A stretch of 64,000 bases of DNA from Octopus sinensis (lineage: Eukaryota). The position numbers and the translations under genes were made by a program. The stretch is taken from the NCBI RefSeq assembly GCF_006345805.1, contig NC_043014.1, forward strand, positions 9,672,001 to 9,736,000. Direction: 5' to 3'. Within the stretch, counting starts at the first letter, position 1, and every line of letters begins with the position of its first letter. This document shows, piece after piece, positions 12,106 through 23,828 of this stretch. The notes below the pieces were generated by a model. It was not told where the DNA came from. It made no database searches and saw only the letters and a program-made list of their open reading frames with translations.

Positions 12106-14689
12106 GCATCATCATCATCATCATCATCATCACCACCACCACCACCACCACCACCACCACCACCACCACCACCACCACCACCACCACCACCACCACCACC
12201 ACCAGCAGCAGCAGCAAATACTTTGGATAAAATAACTATTAAACTTACTCTACAAGGAAAATAAATCTGCCTTTTGAAAGAATTTCATCTTTTAAAAGAT
12301 TATTAAGGATAGACAAATGACGCTGATAGGAAAGCAATCAATTAGTGTTATGCAATATTCTGTAATCTGTAAATGTAAGCGATAGTAAACGGTCGTGTTG
12401 TACCAGATGCCATTATTGATATCCGGTGATAGGTTACCTATAACCAGGTAGCAAGTTAATAACGTAAATTCTCGATAATAATTTTCACTATAAATTTAAA
12501 TATATATTGTATGACATCATAGTAGTAATTTCTATGGAAGTTGCTTTCGTAGGTATTGCATAATGTTAGTTGTGTTCAATATCTCACAGACATTTGGACC
12601 AGAACGCCATAGCGGAGTAATTTCACGTATTAGTGCGTTAGTTCCTACGTCAGAAGCAGTAACTTGCTGTGCGTTGCCGCATCTTTTTTTCCGTATCCGC
12701 CACCAGTCTCAATGACGCCGTAAAACAACTATTGACATAGAACATTCCTCATAAGATAAAGATAATATAAAAGCAAGTATTTTCGACTATCTCGAATTTT
12801 CTCATCATTTTACAGATATTGTCTGAAACACTTTACTTTAATTCTCATTAATTGTGTTACTTTCACTTTAGATTTCAAATGTGTCACTGCGTATATAAAC
12901 ATTTGGCATTGTATTTCTCTATAGTTACGCTAAAATTTTGCAACATTTCTCGGCAGTTCTTCGCAATTTGTGTTTATTCATAATCTGTTCGTCACAAATG
13001 CCACATGTGTGTACATGAAACAGGAAAGTATATTTTAGCACAATCCAGAGGAACATGAAATACTTTCAGACTAAGAATATTCAATAAAGCGTGATTCTGA
13101 GAGAAAAGCAAAGGAAAAACGAAAGAAATAAAGTGAAAGGAATTTCTATAAATTACAATAAAACTGCTCCGATTCCTACAGAGATTGGAATAATGGTTTT
13201 TCATAAAATCTTGATAGTGATCCGTTTTAACCCTTCTGCTTACAGAAATAAAACGAACATTGTATAGTTCTTCCAAAATAAAATTTCGATACGGGTACGA
13301 TATTCTCTGAGGAACAGAAAAGATTTATGGATTTTTTTATCTTAAAATATATCATCGTACTTTGCTGTTGAGATTAAGTTCCCCGTCAAAAGAAATGGGA
13401 ACTTTTAAACCAAAAGAATACCTTTCATAACCTTCGCTGAATGAAACATAATAGTGATTAAGTAGATAGGCATGAATCATTAATATTTATGGGGGTAGAA
13501 TATGGTGACAGTCATGCCTTTCACTTGAGCATTAACGAGAGTTCGATACAAAGGAAAAAGAGGGCCTATGTATACACTGGAGTATCATTTCGTCCAGTGC
13601 TCTTTTAGTTTACATTAATTTTTTTCTTGCATGTTGATTTTATTTCACTGGTTATATGGGAACAAAAGGGAAGTCGAAGAAAGAAAGCTGAACGTAAACT
13701 TTGTCAGCAGTTTTGTATGAGAACCACAGTTCAAATAATTCAGCTATTCAACTTCATTTATTATATAAAAGAAAGGAGTTTTAACATCATCGTAGAGAAG
13801 CAAATAGAACGAGTTTGCTCAGCTATATTCGTACTTCCGTGCCGCGAATGTTTTGACAACGATCCAAATATATGGCTCCTCAAATGCCTTAGGAATTATC
13901 TCGTCACACATAAAACACCTTAGATGTGAAATGAAGGCAAAATAATCGTTACTCTCTGACAAAGAAAAAAATTATCGTCATCGATTAATTTATCGCTTTT
14001 GTTGCATAAATATTTTGAACGATAAATTTCTAACCAAACCGAACCTGCCGTTTCTGAACAAATCCTTCAGAAAATACAAGCTAGATTTGAACCGCGTGTC
14101 AAATACGAGATAAATATTTACTTGCACACAACGTGGAGATAAATTATACATTTGAGAAATAGTTAATTATGGAAAACTTTGCTCATCTCCCCCGCAATTA
14201 ACAGGATTAATTACTGCCCAATGGTAATAAATAATCACACATTTTTAGCAAGTATAATGAGCCTCCCAAAATTAGTGACGTTTTGCTAGCAACTGAATAT
14301 TATATGTGAAACTGAATAGAGAGTAATTCCATACACGGGAATTACGAATCATTTATACTTTCGGGGGGATTCTGTCAGGATCGTTCGGCATCAAATCAAG
14401 TTGTGCACCAAAGTATGTGAATGATTTATGAACTACATGCCGAAGAGAAAATTATAACTTTTAAAATAAGGCGTGAGTTTCGCTGTGTAATTATCCATTT
14501 CTATGACTGACAATTTTTTCATTTCTATCCAAATAAAAAATTGAAATTACATCATTACATTTAAAAGAAAACAAGGACGCTATTCTGAGAAGTGATGATA
14601 GGAAGACAGAATTATACCACATCTGCAAATATTTTTGAGAGTACAAATCATTCGTAATATTAAACAACGGAAAATAAAATGTTTGTCTT

Positions 14690-14845
14690 TATTTTCTGAG
14701 TTCGAATTTCGCCAAATTCGACGTCGTATTTCATCCTTTCGGGGTCACGAAGATAGGTACCAATTGATTACTGCAGTCAAAGAGATCAAGTTACCCCTTT
14801 CCCGAATTTACTGGCTTCGTGCCAAATATTGAAACCAGTAGTACT
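14690..14845 (+). mobile_element. Old, diverged SINE C relative
   Basis: ctgagttcgaatttcgcc...tttcatcctttcgggg core. Confidence 0.6.
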
Positions 14846-15062
14846 TAGATTGCAAGCTGGTAGGATTACTAAGACTTCAGAAAAGATTTAGCGACATTTC
14901 TTGCGGCTGTTCTTTATGATTTGAAATTCTGTAGAGTTCGACGTTGGTATTTACCGTTTTGTAGTGGACAAAATAATTATCTTCGGAGCACACTGGTTCA
15001 TTTAATGGGCTTCATCCTTCTCCGAAAGTGGTGCGCTTGTACTAAATTTAGAAGCCATTCAG

Positions 15063-15440
15063 CAGCGAGCTGGCAGAGATGTTAGCACGCCGGGCGAAAT
15101 GCGTAGCCGTGTCTCGTCTGCCGTTACGTTCTGAGTTCAAATCCGCCGAGGTCGACTTTGCCATTCTTGCTTTCGTGGTCGATAAATTAAGTACCAGTTA
15201 CGCACTGGGGTCGATGTAATCGACGTAATCCGTGTGTCTGTTCTCTCTCTGTTTAGCCCCTTCTGGGTAATAAAGAAACAGATATTTCGGCTGCCGCTAC
15301 GTTCTGAGTTCAAATTCCGCCGAGGTCAACTTTGCCTTTCATCCCTCGGGATCGATAAAATAAGTAGCAGTTGAGCACTGGGGTCGATGTTTTCGACTAT
15401 TACTCTTCCTCAAATTTCAGAACTAGTGCTTATAGTACAA
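15063..15440 (+). mobile_element. SINE C dimer
   Basis: Head plus body, junction gtaataaagaaacagatatttcgg (~15270), second body. Confidence 0.85.
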
Positions 15441-15726
15441 ACTATTATCCCTCTTTTTTCACACATCCCCCGTGTCATCTTGTTTACATACTTCAACATT
15501 TATCCATGACTACATCATATAGAATAGTATGTTGGTTATGTTTATGTTCCCCTCTGGAAACATTGATCAATATTGAAATATACCCTACGTTATTCTCTGT
15601 ACTTCAAACCATTGTTAAAACACGATGAAAATATGACTAAGTATTGGGTTAATGTCTCATTCTCACTGCATAAGGATTTCTAGTTACAAATTTAATCTCA
15701 TTTCTAGTAGGATATAAATCTTCAAC

Positions 15727-16183
15727 GCAGCGACCTGCCAGAAACGTTAGTACGCCGGGCGAAATGCTTAGCGGTATTTCGTTTGCAATTATGTTCTGAG
15801 TTCAAATTCCGCCGAGGTCTACTTTGCCTTTCAACCTTTCGGGATCGATAAATTAAGTGCCAGTTACGCACTGGGGTCCATGTAATAGACTTAATCCATT
15901 TCTCTGTCCTTGATTGTCCTCTCTGTGTTTAGCCCCTTGTGGGTAATAAAGAAATATGTATTTCGTCTGCCGTTACGTTCTGAGTTCGAATCCCGCCGCG
16001 GTCGACTTTGCCTTTCATCCTTTCGGTGTCGATTAAATAATTACCAGTTACGCACTGGAGTCGATATACTCGATTTAATCCCTTTGTCTGTCCTTGTGAT
16101 ATTAAACCATTTTGGTTTAATAAAGAAAACCAGTCATTGTTTGTCCGCTATATGGTTAGCCCCCTGTGGGCAATAAAGGATAA
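15727..16183 (+). mobile_element. SINE C dimer
   Basis: Head plus body, junction gtaataaagaaatatgtatttcgtc (~15950), second body. Confidence 0.85.
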
Positions 16184-16804
16184 TACGTTATCTCTTCTTA
16201 GCACTAACTTGTCTATTATTGTCACGCAGACTGCACTTCAAATTTACCTCCTCGAGATTTAAACAAATTTTGATTATAAATAGAGACCACTCCTTCGTTA
16301 ACACTTAATATAACCGTTCCCGTGAAGTCGGCTTTTAGGATTTGTAAATAAACTATAAATCACTGAATTTTATGAAAAATTTAACTGAAAATATCGTTGA
16401 GTTCAAGTAATTTCGTTAAAATAAGAATGAATTCATTGTAATAACAAAAGACAGTCAAAAGCACTAAATATTATTCAATGTAAATCGGTGAAAGCACATT
16501 AATGATTATCATAAATTTCTAGAAAGATATTAGAGAGACCTTTCAAGTAGAAAATAATTTATATCTATTTATACGAAAGATATTCTCTCCGAGCTATTAA
16601 AATGTAGCACTCAACTAAATAATTATATTATCTATTTCATACAATTATAATTTCTAAAATATGTAGAATGTATTTATTACATCTTTCGCAACACAAAAGC
16701 CATATAAGTGTTTATTGAATATTACATGTATCACGGCTATACTAATAGAAATATTAAAATTACTAAGTCTCTATAAAAGAGATTACGGCAGCGTTTACTG
16801 GAAA

Positions 16805-17074
16805 TTAATTGTTATCGCCATATTAATATGGCATTCTTATAGATATAAGAATAATCGCTGCCGCTGACATTGACAAGGGCAAATACACTGAAACGCGTCT
16901 GTAGCTGTCGGACTGGCAGTGTGAAGCGGCTGACCTCCCTTGTTCGAAGGTTATAATGGATACAGATTGTGTATCAATAGCTATCTTAAGGCGATGGCCT
17001 CATGGAGCTGACCAGCGGCAGCGATTATTCTTATATCTATAAGAATGCCATATTAATATGGCGATAACAATTAA
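16805..17074. repeat. Fold-back element: perfect 62-bp inverted repeats with 146-bp spacer (probable PLE remnant)
   Basis: Arms 16805-16866 and 17013-17074 are exact reverse complements; the spacer begins with a degenerate hammerhead (aca-ttgacaa...GAAAC-gc-GTC-tgt). Confidence 0.8.
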
Positions 17075-17256
17075 CTTGGTTATACTAATTGTTTTGCATC
17101 AATATAAATTATCGCACTTAAGACCAAACAAGACAAACTTAAGAAAGTATGGTCTGGCGGAAACCGTTACTCGTATTCAGTAATTTGATTTTTTAAACTT
17201 TTTATCATGTGAGAATAAATCTCTACCGAGTCGAACATTATAGTACATCCTGCCAA

Positions 17257-17442
17257 GGCGGCGAGCTGGCAGAAACGTTAGCACGCCGGGCGAAATGCTT
17301 AGCTGTATTTCGTCTGCCGCTACGTTCTGAGTTCGAATTCCGCCGAGTTCGACTTTGCCTTTCATCCTTTCGGGGTCGATTAAATAAGTACCAGTTACGC
17401 ACTGGGGTCGACATAATCGACTTAATCCGCTTGTTTGTCCTC
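17257..17442 (+). mobile_element. SINE C, 3'-truncated
   Basis: ggcggcgagctggcagaaacgttagcacgccgggcgaaatg head plus body. Confidence 0.88.
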
Positions 17443-17453
17443 AGTTGGCCAAT

Positions 17454-17565
17454 TTCCACGCAGTGGGACTAAACGCAGAACCTTATCGTTGGGAATCAAG
17501 CTACTTACTACACACCCACTTCTACGCCTATAGCTACTCACCATGCAGCCACTCCTGCGCTTATA
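17454..17565 (-). mobile_element. SINE B head fragments
   Basis: Reverse complement of the SINE B 5' end, followed by (TA)n. Confidence 0.65.
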
Positions 17566-17586
17566 TACATACATACATACATGCAC

Positions 17587-17651
<65 letters not shown>

Positions 17652-17653
17652 AT

Positions 17654-17691
<38 letters not shown>

Positions 17692-17694
<3 letters not shown>

Positions 17695-18759
17695 ACGATG
17701 GGTTGGTGCCTTCCTCTCAGATCGCTCCTTCCAAGTCCAAGTTAATGGTTCGCGGTCCGACGTCTCCAGTGCGAGCAGTGGCGTGCCGCAAGGTTCAGTG
17801 CATGGGCCCTTGTTGTTCTTAGTCTTCATAAATTACTTGCCCGACGACCTCACGCAACACACCCTTCTATTTGCCGACGATATCAAACTGGTCGCTCCTC
17901 GCGGTAATATAGAGGATCTTCGTCGATGCCTCCACCAAATTTGGAAGTGGTCTAACAATTGGGACCTGTGTCTGAACGTGTCAAAGTGCTGTCATCTGCC
18001 TGTCGGCTCTACTCCTGCAGCTCAACTTGATTTCGAGCCGGGTCGTCTGCTGCTGGAGAGGACCGATCAGGTAAAGGACCTGGGTATCTTGGTGGATTCC
18101 TCCTTTTCGCCTTCGGCCCAGTGCGTCCATGCTGCCAACAAAGCACGCGGAATTCTGTTCTTGATTCGACGGTCATTCGGAATGCTCACAGCAGCCATAT
18201 TCCTACCACTCTATGTCACGCTGGTGAGACCGATATTGGAGTATGGGATTCAAGCCTCTTCTCCTTATCTCCTCAAAGACATACAGCATCTCGAAAGAGT
18301 CCAGAAGCTGGCTACCCGCATGGTTCATGATCTCAAAAATTTGTCCTACGAAGAAAGGCTGAGCACGCTCGACCTTTATTCTCTTGAAAAACGCCGCCGC
18401 CGTGGTGATCTCATTCTCGCCCACAACATCATAAGCGGAAAGTGTAACCTCTCGAAAGAGCTGTTCTTCACTCCTGCTCCAGAGCGTCGGCTGCGGGGTC
18501 ATTCCGAAAAGCTCTACCTGCGACGATTTCATCTCAATCGAAGGAGAGGAGCTTTCTCCGTCCGGGTTGCGGATCCGTGGAACAAGCTGCCAGACGAGAT
18601 GGTGAAGATGCCGACGACCGCTTTGTTCAAAGCCTCCCTTGACCTCAAGTGGCCTGAACTCTTTACATGAACACCACCCTGTACTTAACTCCATGTCCCC
18701 CTACATGGCCTTGCTATTTGCTTTTGAGCCAAATTAACTAACTAACTAACTAACTAACT

Positions 18760-18762
<3 letters not shown>
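17692..18762 (+). mobile_element. 5'-truncated CR1/L2-group LINE (RT C-terminal half, 3' UTR, (AACT)n tail)
   Basis: Uninterrupted frame to 18670: [93 protein letters not shown]; tail (AACT)7 then (TA)n. Confidence 0.95.
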
Positions 18763-18847
<85 letters not shown>

Positions 18848-19318
18848 GAATCATATAATATTGTGCCTGTGTTTTATATCGGAGCAATATAGAGATAACA
18901 TCACATTAGGGGTTAACATGACTTCAAATGTTTTACAGCCTTTTAACGAATCTAATCCCTAAAGAATTATAAGGCAGTGTCTTAAAAAAAATCGAATTAA
19001 ATATTGTAAGTAATCAACGATATACAGAGCGATGATGTAGCCGTAACTTCAGTATAGTGGATCTAGTGTAAACAGGGACATATGTAGATCCTTCATTACT
19101 TATAAATCGTTCCTCCAGTTAAATCATGTGCTTAATATCCATACACATTTCTTTGCAGCCTTATTTCGATCTGAATTTTTAAAAACATTTTACTGACATA
19201 AAAGAAACTCGCATCACCAAAAGGGAGGCTATAGCACGTTACTTCCTGTTGTGTTTATTATAGGAAATAATATAAAGTACGAATTCGTTGTGCGATGTTA
19301 CGATCTATGAAATATAGC

Positions 19319-19709
19319 TGGAAGCACTGGAAGTACTCCGTCGGTTACGACGATGAGGGTTCCGGTTGTTCCGAATCAACGGAACAGCCTGCTCGTGAAA
19401 TTAACGTGTAAGTGGCTGAGCACTCCGCAGACACGTGTACCCTTAACGTAGTTCTCGGGGATATTCAGCGTGACACAGAGAGTGACAAGGCCGGCTCTTT
19501 GAAATACAGGTACAACAGAAACAGAAAGTAAGAGTGAGAGAAAGTTGTGGTGAAAGAGTACAGCAGGATCACCACCATCCCCTACCGGAGCCTCGTGGAG
19601 CTTTAGGTGTTTTCGCTCAATAAACACTCACAACGCCGGTCTGGGAATCGAAACCGCGATCCTATGACCGCGAGTCTGCTGCCCTAACCACTGGGCCATT
19701 CCGCCTCCA
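19319..19709 (-). mobile_element. SINE A, full length
   Basis: TSD atgaaatatagc at 19307-19318 and 19710-19721. Confidence 0.93.
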
Positions 19710-20051
19710 ATGAAATATAGCATTCAATGCATAGCGAAATGGATGGTTTGTAAAGAGTAGTGTCCGCCTGGTGCTAAATATTTTTTTATGCTCAGTCAGT
19801 GATAGGAAGAAGCTTAAATAAACAGTATTAAACAATTTCGAAATATTTTATGTTCTCTGGTGAGATGTTAATCTTACCATAGTTTTTCAAGACGTCGGGT
19901 CAAGTGAAGCAATGTCAATTAATCATAACGAAATATCAAATACGAATTTTGATTCATGATATAATAGTGAAATCTCTTCAAAGCTCTGCACTCTAATTCA
20001 CGAAACATATATCATCGGCATATTGATATTAATACAGAGTATCTAATATCA

Positions 20052-20465
20052 TCTATAATCTATGATATAAATTGGACATGGGTGATTGTTGTATTCTTCT
20101 TTGTCTTGAGATTCACAGCCAAACGACTGGATGGATTTGCTAGAAAAATGGCACACATGTGGAGCCACGTGCATAGATTGGAATGTAGTTTGTATTTACC
20201 CCCCCCCCCCGTACTTACCGAGAAAATCGATTAAACTTTTCTAATGTAATTTCCCTCGTACTTCCGCCATTAAAATGACCAGTTGCTTAGGAGCTGTTTT
20301 CTGACGGGGTGGAGTCAGGAAATTTTCACATAACTGGAGGCTCCACTCGAAACAGGGGACCCGAAATGATAAGGTTGAGAAACGCTGTTATAGATTATGC
20401 CTAACCGTAAACGTTCACAGCCACATCATCCAAACAGACCACGTGAAACCGGGCTTAGCTGCTAG
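20052..20465 (+). mobile_element. Non-autonomous Helitron (second family)
   Basis: A|TC start (20052, alternatively 20059); ends gtgaaaccgggcttagctgCTAG|T; no TSD. Confidence 0.55.
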
Positions 20466-21574
20466 TTAAGCATATAAATCTGAAGAATTTGTGCAAATGT
20501 TAGCGACAGGCCCATTACCATTTTTAACTCACCAAGTTTTTTTCTGCGTTTATATTTCAAATAAATATTTTTTAACATTCTGTATTTGACAAAATAATTA
20601 TATAACAATTTTTTGCGACATTATATAAATAACATTATCAAATTAAGGTTTATCAAGTATTCCGATATATTTAGCTACCAGCGGAAGAAACATCGTTTAA
20701 GAAGGTGGTATCTAAAAGTAGTTGAAGGTCTTCTAATTTATCAAACGTGGTAGTTGCATGAACGAAGTTCTAACTTCTCAAACATGTTAGTTGAATAAAT
20801 GAAGTTAATAAAGCAAAGAATTGCATAAATTTATAAATGAAGTTAATAAAATAAAAATTTTACACCATCTTGTGAAGATTCCCTTTATTTTGTGGGGCTT
20901 GTTTCAGAGCAAACATTTGTCCTCGGAGGTTGTCATATTAACATCATAAACTCATCGTTCTTTTACGTCATTGGAATGCGTGGAAATTGGAATTTCAAAG
21001 AAAACTGGAAATGAAATTAATTTAATAATAATCTTTGAGGACCTCGTGTATTCTATTATTGTAACGACTTCAACTGCAGATATTTAATTTTATCATTTCG
21101 CTCAAACATTTAAAAAATAATGACTACTTTCAAGAAAAGAAATATAAAATACCAATACAAAAAACATCAAGAAGTCATTGAATGTAGGGTTATTAATAAA
21201 AATTATGATAATATAATAAAATGTCGTCTTTTTTAGAAAGCATCATGAAAGAATTATATTGAATGGTATGACGTGTGTCATAGAACAGCACTTTTATTTT
21301 AATTGTTTTCCTAAAGCAATCACATCCGAGAATTGAAACTTTCTTTAATATCAGTTCACCAGTATAGTACGATTTTGTGAAGTGCTGGGGTAATGTTATC
21401 AGTAATATTTCAGACATGATTTCAACTTCAAGTAAGTATGCATTTGATTGGTGCTGTTATATCTTCGTTACATGAATTTTCGTACTGGTATGATTCGCCG
21501 GACTAGATAGGAGGTAAAGCAGATGGGCCTCTGTGGAAGTATAAGGAAGAGCTTAAACTAATGTAGGGAGAGTT

Positions 21575-21765
21575 TGCGAAAAAAAACAAAAGACGAAGAC
21601 AGGTGGTATACCAAACAAACATATGTATTAGTATAACGTTCAGGAATAGAAAAAGTATTTTACGTTTCGAGCCTACGCTCTTCTACAGAAAGGGACACAG
21701 AAAAAACAAGGAGAGAAACAAGAAGAGAAAAAATGTGTGTTGTTGCTAACGATCTATCATGGCGA
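21575..21765 (-). mobile_element. Penelope-like terminal repeat remnant (family P1) with hammerhead-like motif at 21658-21691
   Basis: Minus strand ttt-CTGTAGA-a-gagc-gtag-gctc-GAAAC-GTA-aaa. Confidence 0.65.
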
Positions 21766-21784
21766 CCCCATTAAACAAATGTAG

Positions 21785-22500
21785 CTACATGAAAAATATT
21801 GTATATAAGTTTCAAACAAATCGTTCCTCAACCACCTGTTGTAGCATTTAGATGGAATAAAACTATTAAAGAATTATTAACCTCTGCTTCTGACTCCAAG
21901 AAAACTAACATTGGAGTTTCTGCACGCTGTACCTTGAAAACAGCCGCAAGAGAGTTAAGCCTTGTTCATTGTGCAACAACATGACTCAAGTGAATTCCAT
22001 CAGGAATCATAACAAATGTTATGATTTACACAGAGGAAGGTGGCACGTGCAGAGACACCCTTTTAGGGTACGCAGCAGAATGCACGAAGCACAACTTGGT
22101 TTATGTTGGTTATACAACAGCAGAATTAAACAAAAGACTCGATGGGCTAAGATATGATGTCAGGCACAATAACAGTTGTTCGAGAGAACTTGCTGAACAT
22201 TTTACATCAAACCGCTGCAATTTTGAAAAAGACCTGAATGTGCATATTCTCAGAAAATATTCTGAAACTGCTACTCTTTCAATTCTCAAAATACAAGAGG
22301 AGAAATGTTTGCAGTTTATTAACATCACCCCGGAAGCGATGAATAAAATGTCAGGGGAATTTCATCATATTTACACCAAACTTTTTCATTAAATATTCTT
22401 TTTCGTTTATGTTCTTTTCTATATTTTCTCTTTTTATTTTACTTTTAGTTTTCCACTTGTAAACTTGAAAGTTGAAGACTGATGATGTCATTCCAACAAC
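21785..22500 (+). mobile_element. Penelope-like element 3' fragment encoding a frameshifted GIY-YIG endonuclease
   Basis: PVVAFRWNKTIKELL linker, CSLCNNM, then GTCRDTLLGYAAECTKHNLVYVGYTTAELNKRLDGLR...ELAEHF...DLNVHIL (ORFs 21799..21984 and 22021..22392). Confidence 0.85.
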
Positions 22501-22809
22501 GTGGGTACGCCGATTGCCTTCGTTCAAATTTTGAACTCGAATTTCTATAATTTTGAATTTCTATGTGTCACTATCCATTTTGAACTCGACAAAGACAGTC
22601 TAGCTGGAGAATATCGGTAAACTAATAAAATATCTATAATCGTATAGTGCTCTTCGTACTGTCTATTTACCTTTGTGAACAGTTACGTCAATCCTTTTAA
22701 AATATAATAATATAATGAATACAATGATATAATAAAATAATGTAATAAACTATAAAGATGATAGATAGAGAGATAAATAGATAGAGAGATTGATAGATAG
22801 ATAAATACA

Positions 22810-23085
22810 CCCCAGTAAATTTCACTGAAAATAAGAAAGCTATAATACTTTGGGATTTGCCAATATACACAGTTGGAGAAAAATATATACATTTGTGTAT
22901 ATTTGCCAATATACACAAATGAAGAAAGGCTAATACAGTGAAAATAGTTGTCAGAGATAGACAAAAATCGATGTACCAATACTAATAGATGGCAACGTTT
23001 CTCTAAAAGAAACGGAGAAACTTTGAAAATACAAAGATCTGGAAAAAGAATTTGGAGCCTAAAGACAAACTGGAATTCTCCATTC
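22810..23085 (+). pseudogene. Decayed C-terminal restriction-like endonuclease of an R4/Dong-type LINE
   Basis: Broken-frame TENKKAIILWDLPIYT, IVVRDRQK and NVSLKETEKL*KYKDLEKE (cf. KATILWD..., PDIVV, KEMEKLSKYKDLEIE). Confidence 0.7.
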
Positions 23086-23103
23086 TAAATATAATATTTC
23101 TAA

Positions 23104-23104
23104 A

Positions 23105-23180
<76 letters not shown>

Positions 23181-23432
23181 GTAGGTAGGCACGTACGTAC
23201 GTAGAAAGATATATAGACAGATAGATACGTATGTAGATGCTAATTTTTTATACGATATATTCATATTATATGCCCTACGTTATAGCTACACCGGACTAAT
23301 TGGCATCCTATAAAACTGGCATTCCATGAAATTACTTTGCAAGATGGGAATAATAAACTGCGGCCGGAACAAAGACCGTAAGATATTTTTATAATCGCAT
23401 AAAAAGATGTCTCACATAATCGAACATGAAGG

Positions 23433-23493
<61 letters not shown>

Positions 23494-23550
23494 ACTATCT
23501 ATCTAACTAACTAACTAACTAACTAACTACTAACTAACTAACTAACTAAC

Positions 23551-23600
<50 letters not shown>

Positions 23601-23620
23601 ACTATCTATCTAACTATCTC
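23104..23620. repeat. (GATA)n, (TATC)n and (TAAC)n microsatellites
   Basis: Directly visible at 23104-23180 and 23432-23620. Confidence 0.9.
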
Positions 23621-23725
23621 TCTCTCTCTATATATATATATATTATTATATATATATATATACATATATATACATATGAATATATATATGAACATACATA
23701 TAGATACATACACACACACATATAC

Positions 23726-23775
<50 letters not shown>

Positions 23776-23828
23776 ATATAAATGTATGTATATATATTCA
23801 CGTGCATATATATGAAAAAGCATACATA

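Noticed and set aside
11821-12264. 147-aa ORF with poly-Ser/poly-Pro
   Set aside because: Translation of (CAT)n/(CAC)n microsatellite plus a LINE UTR stub
17543-17691. N-terminus of the 375-aa ORF
   Set aside because: (TA)n read-through; the LINE is 5'-truncated at ~17692
21414-21431. Possible 18-nt microexon (tttcag|...|gtaagt)
   Set aside because: Good splice-like edges, but no partner exons and no recognisable peptide; expected by chance at this scale
22479-22520. CTGATGA downstream of the GIY-YIG ORF as a hammerhead
   Set aside because: No stem II closure or GAAA follows; at most a truncated relic
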